A stretch of 54,965 nt of DNA, the filler included, from Asterionella formosa (Eukaryota), in NCBI GenBank assembly GCA_002256025.1. It is 5 parts of 5 records of this genome, joined end to end, with 100 filler letters (N's around TTAATTAATTAA, not from the genome) between each part and the next. Parts side by side here need not be neighbours in the genome. Positions count along the whole stretch, not along the records: positions 11,030 to 21,952 come from NKIB01008991.1; positions 22,053 to 32,959 come from NKIB01009014.1; 3 more parts are not named here. One strand, 5' to 3'. Positions 11,030 to 22,960 of the stretch are shown in pieces. Made by a program: the position numbers and the translations under genes. The notes below the pieces were generated by a model. That model worked only from the letters and a program-made list of their open reading frames with translations, had not been told where the DNA came from and ran no database searches. Each line of letters starts with the position of its first letter. Positions within the stretch are counted from its first letter, which is position 1.

Positions 11030-13540
11030 TTTATTGGTGACACATTTCGCAAACGTCCTGGACCAGCATCGTGGAGCTTGTAATATCCCGTACATAGCCT
11101 TAACAAGCTTGCAAACATGTGTATCGAAATCGACTCCTATCAAACCTTGAGGGGGCTCACTATAAATTTCCTCATTGACATCAGCATTTAGAAATGCTGC
11201 TTCCACATCAATAGCCTCCGCTCGCCAACCGTTGTACATCGTCACTGCGAGTACCGTTTTGATTGTCGCATCGCTTGCAACTGGAGCAAATGTCTTAGTA
11301 AAATAGACACCTGGGATTTGCTCATATCCCTTCACGACCAATCTTGCCTTGTAAATGGTCTTCCCGGTTAACACATCTTCTTTAATTCGAAACACCCATC
11401 TCGTTTTTAGTGTTCGCTTCTTAACAGTATCACGTTTGACAACTTTCCACACTCCTCTCGACCGGAAGTTTTCATATTCTTTGTTGATCGCCTTGATCCA
11501 CTCTTTCTTGTCTGGTCTTGCCATTGCTTCATTGTAGCTTGTTGGTAATCCTGGATCAGAAGCCAGACTTGCGTTGTACACAAAATTCACCTGTGTATTC
11601 TTCGTTATTTCCTTCATGTTATCCTCCTCGATAACACCAGGCATCTCAGTATCTCCTGAAATTTTCACAATTTTCGTACTCATAGGATTGAACGATGAGT
11701 CCAATCTTCGCATTTCAAGTGCCAACTTCGCTTGCTTAGACTGAGCACTTTCCGCACGTTTAACCTTCACAATTGGGGTATTGGTACCTGTAACCTCGTA
11801 TTTCGTAGTACCATCTATCTTAGTTGATTATTCAGTTTTCCTCCCCAATTCTTGCTTGTCATCATCTTCATCTTCATTATCGGACACTTCTCGAGGTTCG
11901 AACTCGTCGTAAAAATCGTCATGCAATTCTTCATTATCTTCTCGTACTTCCTGTTGGTTGGTGACTGGTTTGAACATTTTCTCTAGTCCATCGTCCACAG
12001 CCATTACCCAATACTGATTTCCCACAGCGGATTTTGCGTAGGGTCCGCTAATATTAATAAACAGCCTTTCTCCTGGTGTCGTAGCCTTCTCTTGCGTCAT
12101 CTTGGGTACTGCGCGTGCTTTCGCCTTGGCTGCTGCGCATCCTGCGCACACCTTTAAATTTCCCACAAGTTTCCACCCAAATAATTTCGATGTCTCACGA
12201 AGACATTTTCCCCCCACATGTCCAAGCATTTCATGCGCTTCATTTATTTCCACAATCACATCATTATTTTCGTTCGCGTTTCTTTTCTCGATCGTTTCAC
12301 CTATCGCTTTCGTCGTTTTCTTCTTTTTGTCGATTTTTGTCCATTCATTCTCGTCTTCTTTAGTATCATAGTCGATAGATTGTTGTGTTGGCTTCTCGCT
12401 TTCTTGTTCAACCTCCAACACCGTTTCCTTTAGAATAGGCGTTCCTTGCACATGGTACATTGCACCAATTGTCCTCGTTTCATCACGTTTGCAGATCAAA
12501 AATCCGTTGTTGTTTCTGATCGTCATCTTATCATCGTCAAACATAACTTTATTTCCCTTGTCAATAATTTTCGAAATGCTGATAATGTTCTGCTTGAACT
12601 CCGGTGCATAGAGCACATTGGTGAGTTTCAACACTTTTCCTTTGTCTGTTGTTGTAAGGGTCACCATGCCTGATACGGTCGCAACAATTGCTGCGCCATT
12701 TCCCACAAGAACAGTTTCACGCACTGCGCGCTTGTCCTCCATGATGTGCTCATCATTGCATATATGTACCGTAGCGCCACTATCTAGTAGCCAATGGTCC
12801 TTATGCACGCACGTATGATTTACCTCTTCGTTGTACCTTGCCTCAATACACGTCACCACGAACATTCCTTGCGTAGTGGTGTTGGCGTCTTCTCCCTTCT
12901 CTTTGATTGGTGCATTTTGTTGATTGTTGCACTCACTGGCATAGTGCCCCATCTTCTGGCAATTATAACACTTCACATTCTTTCTCTTATTTTGTTGCTC
13001 GGGAATTAATTCTCTCTTTTCTGTAGTATTGCCCTTGCTTCGGCAATCAACTGCCTTGTGGCCATACTTGCCACACTTCCTGCAGTCTCCCTTAAACTTG
13101 CTTTTTGAAAAGAAGGCCTGCTCGCCATTCTTATTTGTCTTGGTTTTGTCACGCACATACAAATGGTAATAGTCGCGTACATTCTTCTTGACCTATTGGA
13201 TCGTGAGCTCGGAGCTCACGAGACCAAATTTTCCAACCACTAAACTCTTGTAGACTTCCGGTACTAGGTTGTTGATAACATGGGCCACATAGGCACCATC
13301 CGAAATTTCGGAGCTCATACGACTCAATCGCTCTCGAATTCTATCCAACTCCACAAACCAAATGTCAGGGTTCTCATTCTTGTTAATCGTGCATTTTGTC
13401 CACTGACCTGACAAGGCAATCACATTTGCCATATTACTTGCCTTGTACGTAGACACTAACTTGTCCCACGCTTCCTTCGCATTTCCATTGGGGAACTCTT
13501 CACTTCTGGCACCATTTACGTATCCAAATGGTCCACTACA
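11030..13540 (-). mobile_element. Ty1/Copia retrotransposon pseudogene (gag, 2 CCHC knuckles, protease, partial integrase, RT N-half)
   Basis: gag NAKEAWDKLVSTY..NPDIWFVELD; CRKCGKYGHKAVDC and CYNCQKMGHYASEC; WLLDSGAT; AHEMLGH..CAGC; RT KARLVVKGYEQIPG, DVEAAFLNA, KAMYGILQAPRCW. The three ORFs are in one frame, separated by single stops at 13193-13195 and 11828-11830. Confidence 0.95.
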
Positions 13541-14685
13541 ATTGGTAACTGTATTTCTCTGTGTCCGGCATCATATGCTTTCGTCGTGATATGTTCAGCA
13601 CTTGTTTATATTTTGCTTACTTTTTTAGATACCGGTAGGCAATTACCAGTCTAGCACAAATTACCGTGCTGCTCTATACTTTTGCATCCCGAGTACAAGC
13701 GTGAGGATTTAAGATAATACATATGAATTCCCATGAATTCTTACAATATCATTTATTTTATGTATTATTTTATTATTATTTAGCGATCATGTACGTATGA
13801 TATACTTGATCATTGTGTCGAAAACAATTCGGCGACGTAGATTTGAGGAGAGTGGACATGATGTGAGCGATAGCATTGCGATGTCTCTATCTGCAAACTT
13901 TGCAATTCTCGAAAGCATTACAACAATATTATTAAGGATTCCATAAATTATTTTGGTCGCATCACGAACTATCACTCGAGCACGATCGAAACAATGGCGT
14001 CAAATCCTTGTTTTTCCCTCCTATGGCTTATTCTTCTATTCTTTATCGGGTGGCCAGTAGCATTCTTTTGTAGCGGCCTTTGGATTGTCTTCCAGGTGAG
14101 TAATAGTGTTTGAGCGTCGTCTTGAGAACGGAAAAAATGTATCCATGATGGTTCGCTAAAAGCACTAATTTTTCGCCTTTCAGCCGTTTGAAGCATGCTT
14201 TGGGTTCATGGCTGATTGCAATAATTTCCTCGAGAAGTTTGTTACCTGGCCAAGAGAATTGGGAAAGGCAATCAGAGATTGCAGCAGCAGCTGTCCTCAG
14301 CCATAGAAGTATTTTCATTGGAGTTTTTCATATTAGAGTTATTGGCGACATGAAATCTTTGACTATTCGAGGCCGAACGGACCTTTTGGAAGTTTATGAA
14401 GTCATTTCTTTGCTTAATGACTCGCCGGTTTTGCTACTGCAAATGATTTGTAATTCTACCAACATTAAAAAGGTTCTAGAAAGCAGCTACATAAAGCACA
14501 TTCACAGTTAAAAAGAAATCAAATCAGCACCGAAGAATTCCTGCCCTGTGTCTGAAAGGGAGTGAATGCACTACTGACTAGCTGGTGGCGATACGACCAT
14601 AACAATAGACTCCCTGGTAATTTTATTGAGATGAGCTAAGACATCCGGCTAACTCATTCTACCTTACAGATGTCTGGCGAGTTGA

Positions 14686-15381
14686 CTATTTGCCGAACCA
14701 CTTCTTCTTTGGAGGTTCAGGGATATCCTCAGCGAAGAAGCGATCGGAGGAGTCGTCATCGCGAACATACCAGAAGTACTGAGCCATTGGAATAATGAAA
14801 GATCCAACAACAAGAATGGATAACAAGGCGGTATACTTGCCTATTAATAGGAATATTTGATGGGAAGCAGAGAGGGTTAATGATAAAAAATACTGGAGGC
14901 CAGAATCGATTCGATAATCCTATTCCCTTGTCCAATGGCTTCTTAAATAAAGCAGCAAGCTACTTACCCTTCTTAGATTTGGTTTCCTTAGCCCCCTTGA
15001 AGGTGGAACGGGCGTCATCGACCTCTTGCACAAGGTCGACCTCGTAGTCCTTGTACAAACCCTCACGGACCACCTTTTCTGACACAACTTGGGTGGTCCC
15101 AAATCCGGAATTAATATCAAATGCACTGGCAGGAAGAGTAACAACGTTGGAAGCCAGGGTTGCAGCAGTGAATAGACCGGCAGCTGCCCTCTTCAAATCA
15201 AAGGTAGAAGCCTTCTTGGACTCTTTTAGATACAGCGATGAAAGTGAGAAAAACTTTGTGCCACTAGAAAAGGTCTATGCTCAGGTATCTCCATTCGCTG
15301 CAATCACTATCACTTACGAGGAACATAGGCCTCAGCACCAAGGATAGCGCAAACAAACAGGAAGAGAGCGGCGTAATTCAT
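14686..15381 (-). CDS. Three-exon plastid/thylakoid-targeted small membrane protein of unknown function
   Basis: Exons 15381-15318, 15222-14968 and 14840-14686 with GTAAGT donors and AG acceptors join in frame. Signal peptide (..AEA-Y), second hydrophobic stretch ending ASA, single TM helix KYTALLSILVVGSFIIPMAQYFWY, C-terminus PKKKWFGK. Confidence 0.85.
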
Positions 15382-17169
15382 CTTGGTTTCTATGAATGGT
15401 AGAGTAACAAACAAGAAAAGTCAACAGACATCTTCAAGTAGACCCAATGATTCACTGTTTCGATCCACATTTTTGGTGCTCAGCCACATATGAGAGGCCA
15501 TGCATAACCCTGATTAATGGAATTCCATCCAAAGATATCTGCAAGTTGGTCATTTTGCTGAAATGGACAACATGACTTAGGACAGGCACTCAAAATGAAT
15601 AAATAGAGAACGTCATCAACTTTCGCTTCGAGTCGACGGCAACGCGACTGTTTCGTCTAAACCCAGAAACGTCAAAACGAGGCAAATGGCTGCAAAAAGA
15701 AAATGACAATGACTGGGGCAATAGAGGGGCAGGTGGAAGCAAAGTATGCAAATCTCACTTACGTTGCTTTATTCTCTCCAACCTTAAAATCGTTCTCCTT
15801 TTCCGGCCAAAGTGATGAAAATAACCAATAATGAACGGTTCTATATCAATTAAGATTTGAGATATTTGCATGCTAGCGTCATCATAAGTAACAACTGTGA
15901 TAGTCGTTCGTACCCGATTTAATTACCGGTATTTTACAATTCCACCGTATGTATGTACATCCTGGTTGCTGGACTCATGCTGCTCAGGGTACCCGGTACC
16001 TGGTACTGGTAGCATGGTACCAGGTACCAGGTACCCGAGGTAGCACTCGTGAGCGCATATATTTAATAATTTAGCTTAAATTATTCGATTCTTTTCCAGA
16101 GATAATCTATCTATGGCTGCATGCAATTTTCGGGGCCACCGGGTATGTAGACCCTGTAGGCCTAGGATTAGCATAAACCCTAAACCTAAGGTATATTATA
16201 TTTTGCGCCTGGATTGGCATGTCATAATTACATCTACCATGTTATTATTATTCTACTGCTTTACTCAACAATAGAACATCTTCCTGTGCTGCTTCAAATA
16301 GCTTTCTTTCCGCCATGAGTAGGACTACTATTGAACACCAGAAGCGGCATGGGATGACACAATTTGCTTTATACATGAACTATTTTGTGTTGGGCATGGA
16401 GATCCACGCTGACATGACCAATGGTTTCACACTCTTGAGCTTGATACTGGGCAAGCTGGAGTTGAAACTGTACAGGAATGTCTCAAATAAGATCATATAG
16501 TAGTTGCAATGAAGATACAACAACGATTTCACACCCATTGCTGTGCAATGGACTTCGATTTCATGTTTGTCATGAATGAATGCAACGACAACAACAACAA
16601 AATTATGGATGCATGTGTACTTAAAATTTATTCATATGAATGTTAGTATTTATATAGAACATTTTACTAAAGCTAAAATCATGTTCTACTGGTAGCTAGA
16701 ATTATTTTGCAGTGGTAGCTACAATGACTACCAATGTAGTTTCATGATGTACCCAGCCATACCGGTATAGCACTATGGAGCAACTGTGTAGTCGTCGTTA
16801 GCAGCTGGAGTATGCATTGTGCATCATGTTGTCTCAGCCTTGACAATGACGAAATCAATGAATATCTTTATGCAAAATGAAAAGGATGCTTTGATATTGG
16901 GTACATATATTAAGCACAATATGGAAAATACAATTGTAAAAGAATGGCTGTAATAACTCTAATATTGACAACGAAAATTGAAAAAGCCAACAGCGCATTT
17001 TTAATGAAATTTATAGATTCACACTTCAAAAGACGATGCTATCAGCAGATTTGACACTCCTACAGTCGTTGTACAACTGGAAAGACGACCAAACAATAAC
17101 ATGAATAAGTAAAGCAAAAGATGTGAAACAAATTATTTATTAGCTTAGATTTGATTGCTTTTATATTCG

Positions 17170-17210
17170 AAAATCCTGTGCCACTTAGCGTATGATACCC
17201 TTGATCCTAT
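17170..17210 (-). repeat. Second copy of the 41-bp dispersed repeat
   Basis: 40/41 identical to the reverse complement of 5282-5322. Confidence 0.75.
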
Positions 17211-17458
17211 GTACTGTGTTACTATCCATTTACAATTAAACCATCAAAATCAAGAGCATCCTTTCCCTTACGATGATTTCAATCCTGGACTGTTCGGATA
17301 TTACGATGGCTTCTACGACCAGGTACATATTGATGAAAAGTAGTTCTTTTCTCAGAAGAAAAGTTGAAAATATGTCTGGCTCATGGAGAAGAGTCTTCCT
17401 CAAGGCGAACAAGACACAAGGGCCATATCGAAAAGTTTATGTTCCTTTTGGCTGTGAC

Positions 17459-17893
17459 TTATCCGCGTTTTGACGATGATAAGGTGTGCACGTTTGATGG
17501 TAAAATTTTATCAAGAAACGTGAACAGTGCAATTCCATAACCTCGCATATTCATTCTTCTTTTTGTTTGCTCTTTAGAGTCTGTTAGCAGTTCAATAACT
17601 ACAGTAGTATGATTAACATAATGAGCTGCCTCGACTTTGTCATGTGCAAGTCTACTTGCAAAATACCCGACTATGCACTTTTGACCTTCTGGATGGAGGT
17701 CACAGTCCATGGTCACCTGGATAGCGTACTCAAGTTCTTGTAGGATCTCATCCCACACTGTGCACAAAGAGAAGAAAACCACAGAGCCAACCTTTACAGT
17801 TGATCTGCAACAGTGATGATGGACGCAACTACGACCATTGTTGCTGGCCATCAAGACAAGGATCTGACCATCAGGAACAGGCACAACATCCAT
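17459..17893 (-). CDS. Small Cys/His protein (GRSCxxHxxC..C.VGY), probably transposon-associated, HIRAN-like fold suspected
   Basis: Intact intronless 144-aa ORF in TE-rich DNA. The NGRSCVHHHCC and KCIVGYF motifs resemble a multicopy stramenopile family I recall; not verified. Confidence 0.5.
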   Translation of the reverse strand: MDVVPVPDGQILVLMASNNGRSCVHHHCCRSTVKVGSVVFFSLCTVWDEILQELEYAIQVTMDCDLHPEGQKCIVGYFASRLAHDKVEAAHYVNHTTVVIELLTDSKEQTKRRMNMRGYGIALFTFLDKILPSNVHTLSSSKRG

Positions 17894-18252
17894 TTTGACA
17901 AAAATGATGATGATGATGTTGCAAAAATCAACACATTAGCATTGCTTGATATATACATGTACCCAATGTATAAATATATGCTAAACTGGTTTCGATTAAT
18001 TTAATTAGATGCTGAATACTTAATTGCGAAAACAGAGTATATGTTCACATCTATGTAACTCATAACAAAGCATTTTTTCGAGTATGCCGACCCTCACATA
18101 GAAAGATGGTGTGTTGGCTACATAATCCTTCATATGCAAACAGTAAAGGCACTAGTGGTGCCGACGAATCGATGAAACTAATATTGGATAGAGGGAACAA
18201 CCTCCTTGCTAGACCGTGGTGAAATATGGTGTTGAGTTTGACCCAGACCAAG

Positions 18253-18733
18253 GGTCCATTACCATATTTGCACAAAAGTGCTGCAATTTGCACAATGAGT
18301 TGTTAGCCAAGGGCATCTGTGATTACTTTTTTCACTAAATATTTAGCAACTAAATAAGCGAATATCATTGATATGAAAATTTCCTGACTAAATTTTAAAT
18401 GACTTTTTTGTTTACTTAAAGAATCGAAAAAGTCAAACAGTTTTTTTGTGCTCTTATCGAAATTGTCATTATACTAGGGTCGGTTTCATGAAATATTCAC
18501 GGGGTTAGGATGTCATACCTACATGCTGTTACTATGCTAAGACAAAGCTCAATGCATGTCATCCCTAAAATATACAGGTATTTTCTGGTGGACCAGGGTA
18601 CCAGGTACTATCTGGTAATGGGGCAGCACAGCTCTACGTATGTTAGTCACATCCTAATAGATGATTATTTCTATCTAATGTTTAAATCAACGAGAAAACT
18701 TGAACAACAGTAATTTCGGAGAGAGCACAACAT
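18253..18733. mobile_element. Second, diverged copy of the element at 670-1444 (inverse orientation)
   Basis: Starts GGTCCATTAC; aligns by eye to the reverse complement of 1264-1444 and 671-715. Confidence 0.6.
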
Positions 18734-18800
18734 ATCACTACTGGTAATTGTATTCAGCAACTGTATGACGGTTTGGTAATGGAATTCACCAATAAAATAA

Positions 18801-18937
18801 TCAGCAATTTCTAGTCATACTAGTCAACAATTTATAGTCATAGTCAGCAGTTTCTAATAGTAGTCAGCAAATTCTCGTCGCTGTCAGCAATTTCTAATTG
18901 TTGCCAGCAAGTTCTAGTCGTTGTCAGCAGATTTCTA
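18801..18937 (+). repeat. Degenerate ~20-bp minisatellite, about 7 units (consensus near TAGTCAGCAATTTCTAGTCG)
   Basis: Periodic (G)TCAGCAA/G..TCTA units visible at ~20-bp spacing. Confidence 0.8.
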
Positions 18938-19019
18938 TTTAGTTGTACTGTGTCTATTTGAATGGTTAATTAGAAAAAGAAAATTATAGTTTGGATGCAT
19001 CACTTTTGTAAATCATTTG

Positions 19020-20320
19020 TGTCTTCAAATTGACAAACCATGTGATTGAAATTGCAGTAGCCATCCCAATTTTTTCCATAATCAAAGTACTAGACTATGA
19101 ATGGAGAATTATTTTTGTCAATGACTTCTTCATTTTGGTCCCATGTACATCAATTGAAGCTTCCTCATCTGCATAACTTGCTCCAAGTCTATTGGCATTG
19201 ACCATTGCAAAAGTTTTGTCATCGATTTCTCGTATCAAGCCATGCTCTCAAGTGATAAATTAACTGATCATTACTCCAGCACCCTCATCTTTTGGTAGTA
19301 CTAGGGGTCTCTTGCCAATCGGACCTTTCCACATCTTGGAATTCAACAATAATTGTTTGAATATTGCTGCTTCATCCTGTCCAACAATCATAACGCTTTG
19401 CTCGTCATTTTTCTTTTCGCCCACTTCAATTGCCTCCCATTGGAAGATCCGGTGAGGTATCAAAGGTGTCTGCATGATACTCTACCATAGGGATTCCATC
19501 ATCATCACTGTAATGAAATCCAGTATTCTTGACAACTAAAGCTTGTGTTTCTAGAAGCTTAGATATTTCTGCTGTAAAATGTACCCACCTTGGAGCATTA
19601 ACCTCATGTTTGAAGTATTCAGCAATGAAAATTCGATGATAGGCTAAGGTGTCTGCCTTCTCTGTGACCATTGACAAAGTTATGTTTCCTTCGAGTCTCA
19701 TACTTGAATCCAAGTGCATGGTGTATCCACCTTGCAATTGAGCAAATTGAGATTGTTGTCAAACCATAGGCTAGAAAAAAAGTTCTTTGCTGTTGTTGCT
19801 TTCCATGTCCTCAACAACTCCTAGTCTTGCTGGTAACAAGTTGTAGGCGTCGCAATCATCAGGAACACCTGCACCCAACTTTGCCACCAATGTTGGGACC
19901 AGATGATGTTCATGAACAGATTCATACATTTTTTCCACAGACAAGTCATTTAAATTGGCAATCTCAAATTTCTTGAATGCATTCATGGGATCAGGATTTG
20001 ATAGGAAGAATGGATGAGTCTTATCCTTTTTGATTGGCGACTTACAGAAAGCATCTTCTCAATTGTATGCCAGCCACCAGTGTCACCTTCCACGGGTCCT
20101 CACATTAGAGTAGGCTTCCGTTCCAAGATCATTCATTACTCCAATTGAATATTGGAGGCACCACTTCCGGGTCCATCTAGTTTCCACAATTTCCTTCTGA
20201 ACAAACTGCTTCAGAGCAGAGGCCACATATAAACTCCTCTGTCTCAGCATGAAGATTCCGAATTCTGAGCAATGCTTATCAGCATCTCCCCCTTCCACCA
20301 AAAATTTCCAATGGTTGGGA
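19020..20320 (-). pseudogene. Decayed DDE (IS630/Tc1-related) transposase
   Basis: Frameshifted motifs W..ALGFKYETRRK..VNGH.KADTLAY.R.F; MIVGQDEAAIFKQ..MWKGP.G.RPL.LPKDEGAGVMIS. Many stops. Confidence 0.7.
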
Positions 20321-20727
20321 TGTCTATTGATTGATTAGAAAAAACAATTCTTTTGACATTACTTGGCTTAATCTCCATACTTTGCTTTGGGAACAAACAG
20401 TGTCCTGGGTCTAGTACCATCCTTGCACAAAAGTGTTTCTAAATGCACAATGGCTATTTTTGGGAATTAGTTTTTCTTAAGGTTGTGGCCCCGCAGTTAC
20501 ACATTGCGAGGTCCGGTTTCCCAAAATAATTATATGATGTACCTTAATCCACACATTACGTACAAGAAAATAATAAAATAGTTAAAGGTAAAATTAGCTT
20601 TCACCAATACGACCACTTTGCACATGCTTAGATACAGTCATGGGTCAACTTAAGGGTATGATCTTTATACAGATATGGTAAGGATCTCATTTCTGGAGAG
20701 AAGTGGCAATTATCCCTCTTGGAATCA

Positions 20728-21194
20728 GAACTATCCAAAAAATAGTCAAAAAAGGGGGCCATCAAGCTTTTAAAAAATTCTACGAGGGATAACTTCCACT
20801 TCTCTGCAGAAGTTAAATCCTGACGTTATAGGGTACACGGCTATCTATTTCATTCTTCATGAAACCCCGTAGATGTAGAGTAATCCTCCTTCAAAAAGTC
20901 GACCCGATCGGCTTTTTCAACAGTCGCCAAAATATTGGAATCAGAATTTGTACGTGCAAAAACGTTCTCGTATACTTGGAGTCTTGCGTGGGTATGTTTT
21001 GCTGAATAATTCTCAGTCCGAAAAGACTCCAGCGTTAGTTCCCGCGTCCCTACACATATTCTGATTGGTTGAATTGAATTTATTCACCTGCTCCAGATTC
21101 GCTGAAGTATCCCGGTCTTGTAAAATCTCGCCAGCCACACTTGAGCCACACGTATTAGATGTACTGAATACTGGTTGGTAAAATCAGTACCGGT
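20728..21194 (+). repeat. ~465-bp non-coding interspersed repeat, copy 1
   Basis: Colinear with 34517-34980, with long identical blocks (e.g. TGACGTTATAGGGTACACGGCTATCTA, ACACATATTCTGATTGGTTGAATTGAATTTA). Confidence 0.9.
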
Positions 21195-21199
21195 GTTGG

Positions 21200-21949
21200 A
21201 AACACTTGTCTAGGACCACCGCTTTTTGAGCATATGCTGGAAATCAAACGCCGGCATGAAATCCAGGAACAAAACAAGGAGCAGAAATTGAATCAACGGT
21301 TTTTTGAATTGTCACAGAAGGTACAGGCCATCAGAGAGACTGGAAAGGAAGCTGGAAGCTACAACGTAGCTGAACTGAAAACAATGGTGATATGGTACAA
21401 GCGCAATGGCGATGCGCCGCTTCCAATACCCAGACAGAACTTGTTGGCAAGATACTTGGAGACCTGTTGCCGTGGAGAAAAGCATTCTCCATATCCAATT
21501 CGGCCTCTTGATGTTGTGCTTGTGGGAGGGCAGGAGCTTAGTAGGGATGAGGGCGATATTGCAGTGGTGTTGATAGGCACAAGCATTTAATGTGGCTCAA
21601 TGCATTTGTGTGTGATCGTGATATAAATATTGGATGCGAAAATTCTTATAAATAATTTTGCGAAAACCAAACAGGGTAATCCGTGATCATAATGGTATAT
21701 AAAATTATATACAATTATAGATAAAAATTTAAGTACTGCTGTGACCCATTACCAGCAAATTTTGTCCATATAAAATGGTTCGTATCTCAGTACCTCGACC
21801 TTCAATGAGAATACCGACTGATCCGCAACCTGCTGACTCCTTTGGTTAACAAGACCTGGAAGTTTGATTCTCGCAAAGCATGGAATAGGTTTAGTCGAAC
21901 TAATCAAACGAATAGGAGAACTCAGTGGGTCACAGCAGTTCTTTACTGG
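21200..21949 (+). mobile_element. 3' end of a TA-flanked DNA transposon (C-terminal coding fragment plus right TIR)
   Basis: ORF 21234-21590 (YNVAELKTMVIWYKRNGDAPLP..NLLARY) is followed by CTCAGTGGGTCACAGCAGTTCTTTACTGG|TA, homologous to the right TIR of the MITE at 33388-34176. It also carries the same internal TGACCCATT copy at 21734-21750. Confidence 0.65.
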
Positions 21950-22052
21950 TACNNNNNNNNNNNNNNNNNNNNNNNNNNNNNNNNNNNNNNNNNNNNTTAA
22001 TTAATTAANNNNNNNNNNNNNNNNNNNNNNNNNNNNNNNNNNNNNNNNNNNN

Positions 22053-22465
22053 GAAAATTCATTGGGAGATAGCTCTCCAGATTCCGAGAAGAAGAAGGGC
22101 CCATGTTCTAGGCCAAACCCGAGTAATCCCGAGCACCCTGGCCCTCCGTTCGTCCAATACACGACAGGATCCTCCGAAGGCGAGCCTTGGGATTCCACAT
22201 ACCAATAGTGGATATTACGGCCGTGCTCTTTATCGACAGTGAGGTATCCAGAGAACTGTTTGAATCCAGGGTCGTATGAGAGACCGGGTAGGTTGGTAAT
22301 GAGGTCGTGTTTGGCTTCGTCTGTGTACATCGATGACGACATGACGTGTCCGACATGGGAAAAGTCGGTAGTTCCTCGGAAGCCTTGAGCTCCTCTATAA
22401 ATAAAATGCGTGAGCGCGGCACTTATCGTGGCGCCGATGCTGATTGCCATAATAGTTGATGTCAT
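22053..22465 (-). CDS. Serine carboxypeptidase (family S10), 5' part; truncated by scaffold end
   Basis: ITNLPGL..FKQFSGYL..YWYVESQ..PSEDPVVYWTNGGPGCSGLLG..EHGPF. Confidence 0.93.
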
Positions 22466-22870
22466 GGTTTATTGGCTGTGCGAAATTGGAGGAACCAGAA
22501 GTAATGCACTCATCATTGCATTATGATTTGCAAAAATATGTATTTTGGTGGACAAAGTCAGCGATGACGAGGTTGTCGTTTTTTATACCTGCAATGGTAG
22601 TGCCGGGATGCTACCCGGTAACTAAAAATTGAATGTACCTGGTACCTGGTACCATCAGGTCGTACCTGGTATGGTAGCTGGTACCAGTATGTAGTATGCA
22701 AATAGCCAATGATGATAACTTCAATTGCTCACCGGTCATCACTCGTCCACTTTTTTCCTTCTCGTATATACTGATACCAGAGGGTATGTACCTAGTACTC
22801 CGAGGACCACCTAATGTACAGTACCGGGTATGCATAGCAATTCGTTGTGGTACTAGGGTACCAGGTACCT

Positions 22871-22960
22871 CCAAGTTGCGGTAATTTTGCTTTAACTAAC
22901 ATTTTAATCTTGGATAAAGAGAGCTAAAGTTTTAGTTACAACAAAATTACCGTAACTTGC
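22871..22960. mobile_element. 90-bp MITE-like hairpin element, copy 2
   Basis: CAAGTTGCGGTAATTTTGC ... ACAAAATTACCGTAACTTGC; same length as and colinear with 10292-10381. Confidence 0.85.

Noticed and set aside
13790..14510. Short ORFs on both strands (similar cases at 145-411, 16200-16560, 24400-25500, 37600-38950)
   Set aside because: No motifs and frequent stops; cannot be supported as genes.
5282..17210. The two 41-bp inverted copies as TIRs of one 12-kb transposon
   Set aside because: They lie on different scaffolds separated by an artificial linker.
18801..18937. CRISPR-like array
   Set aside because: Adjacent degenerate units without unique spacers; no cas genes; eukaryotic context.
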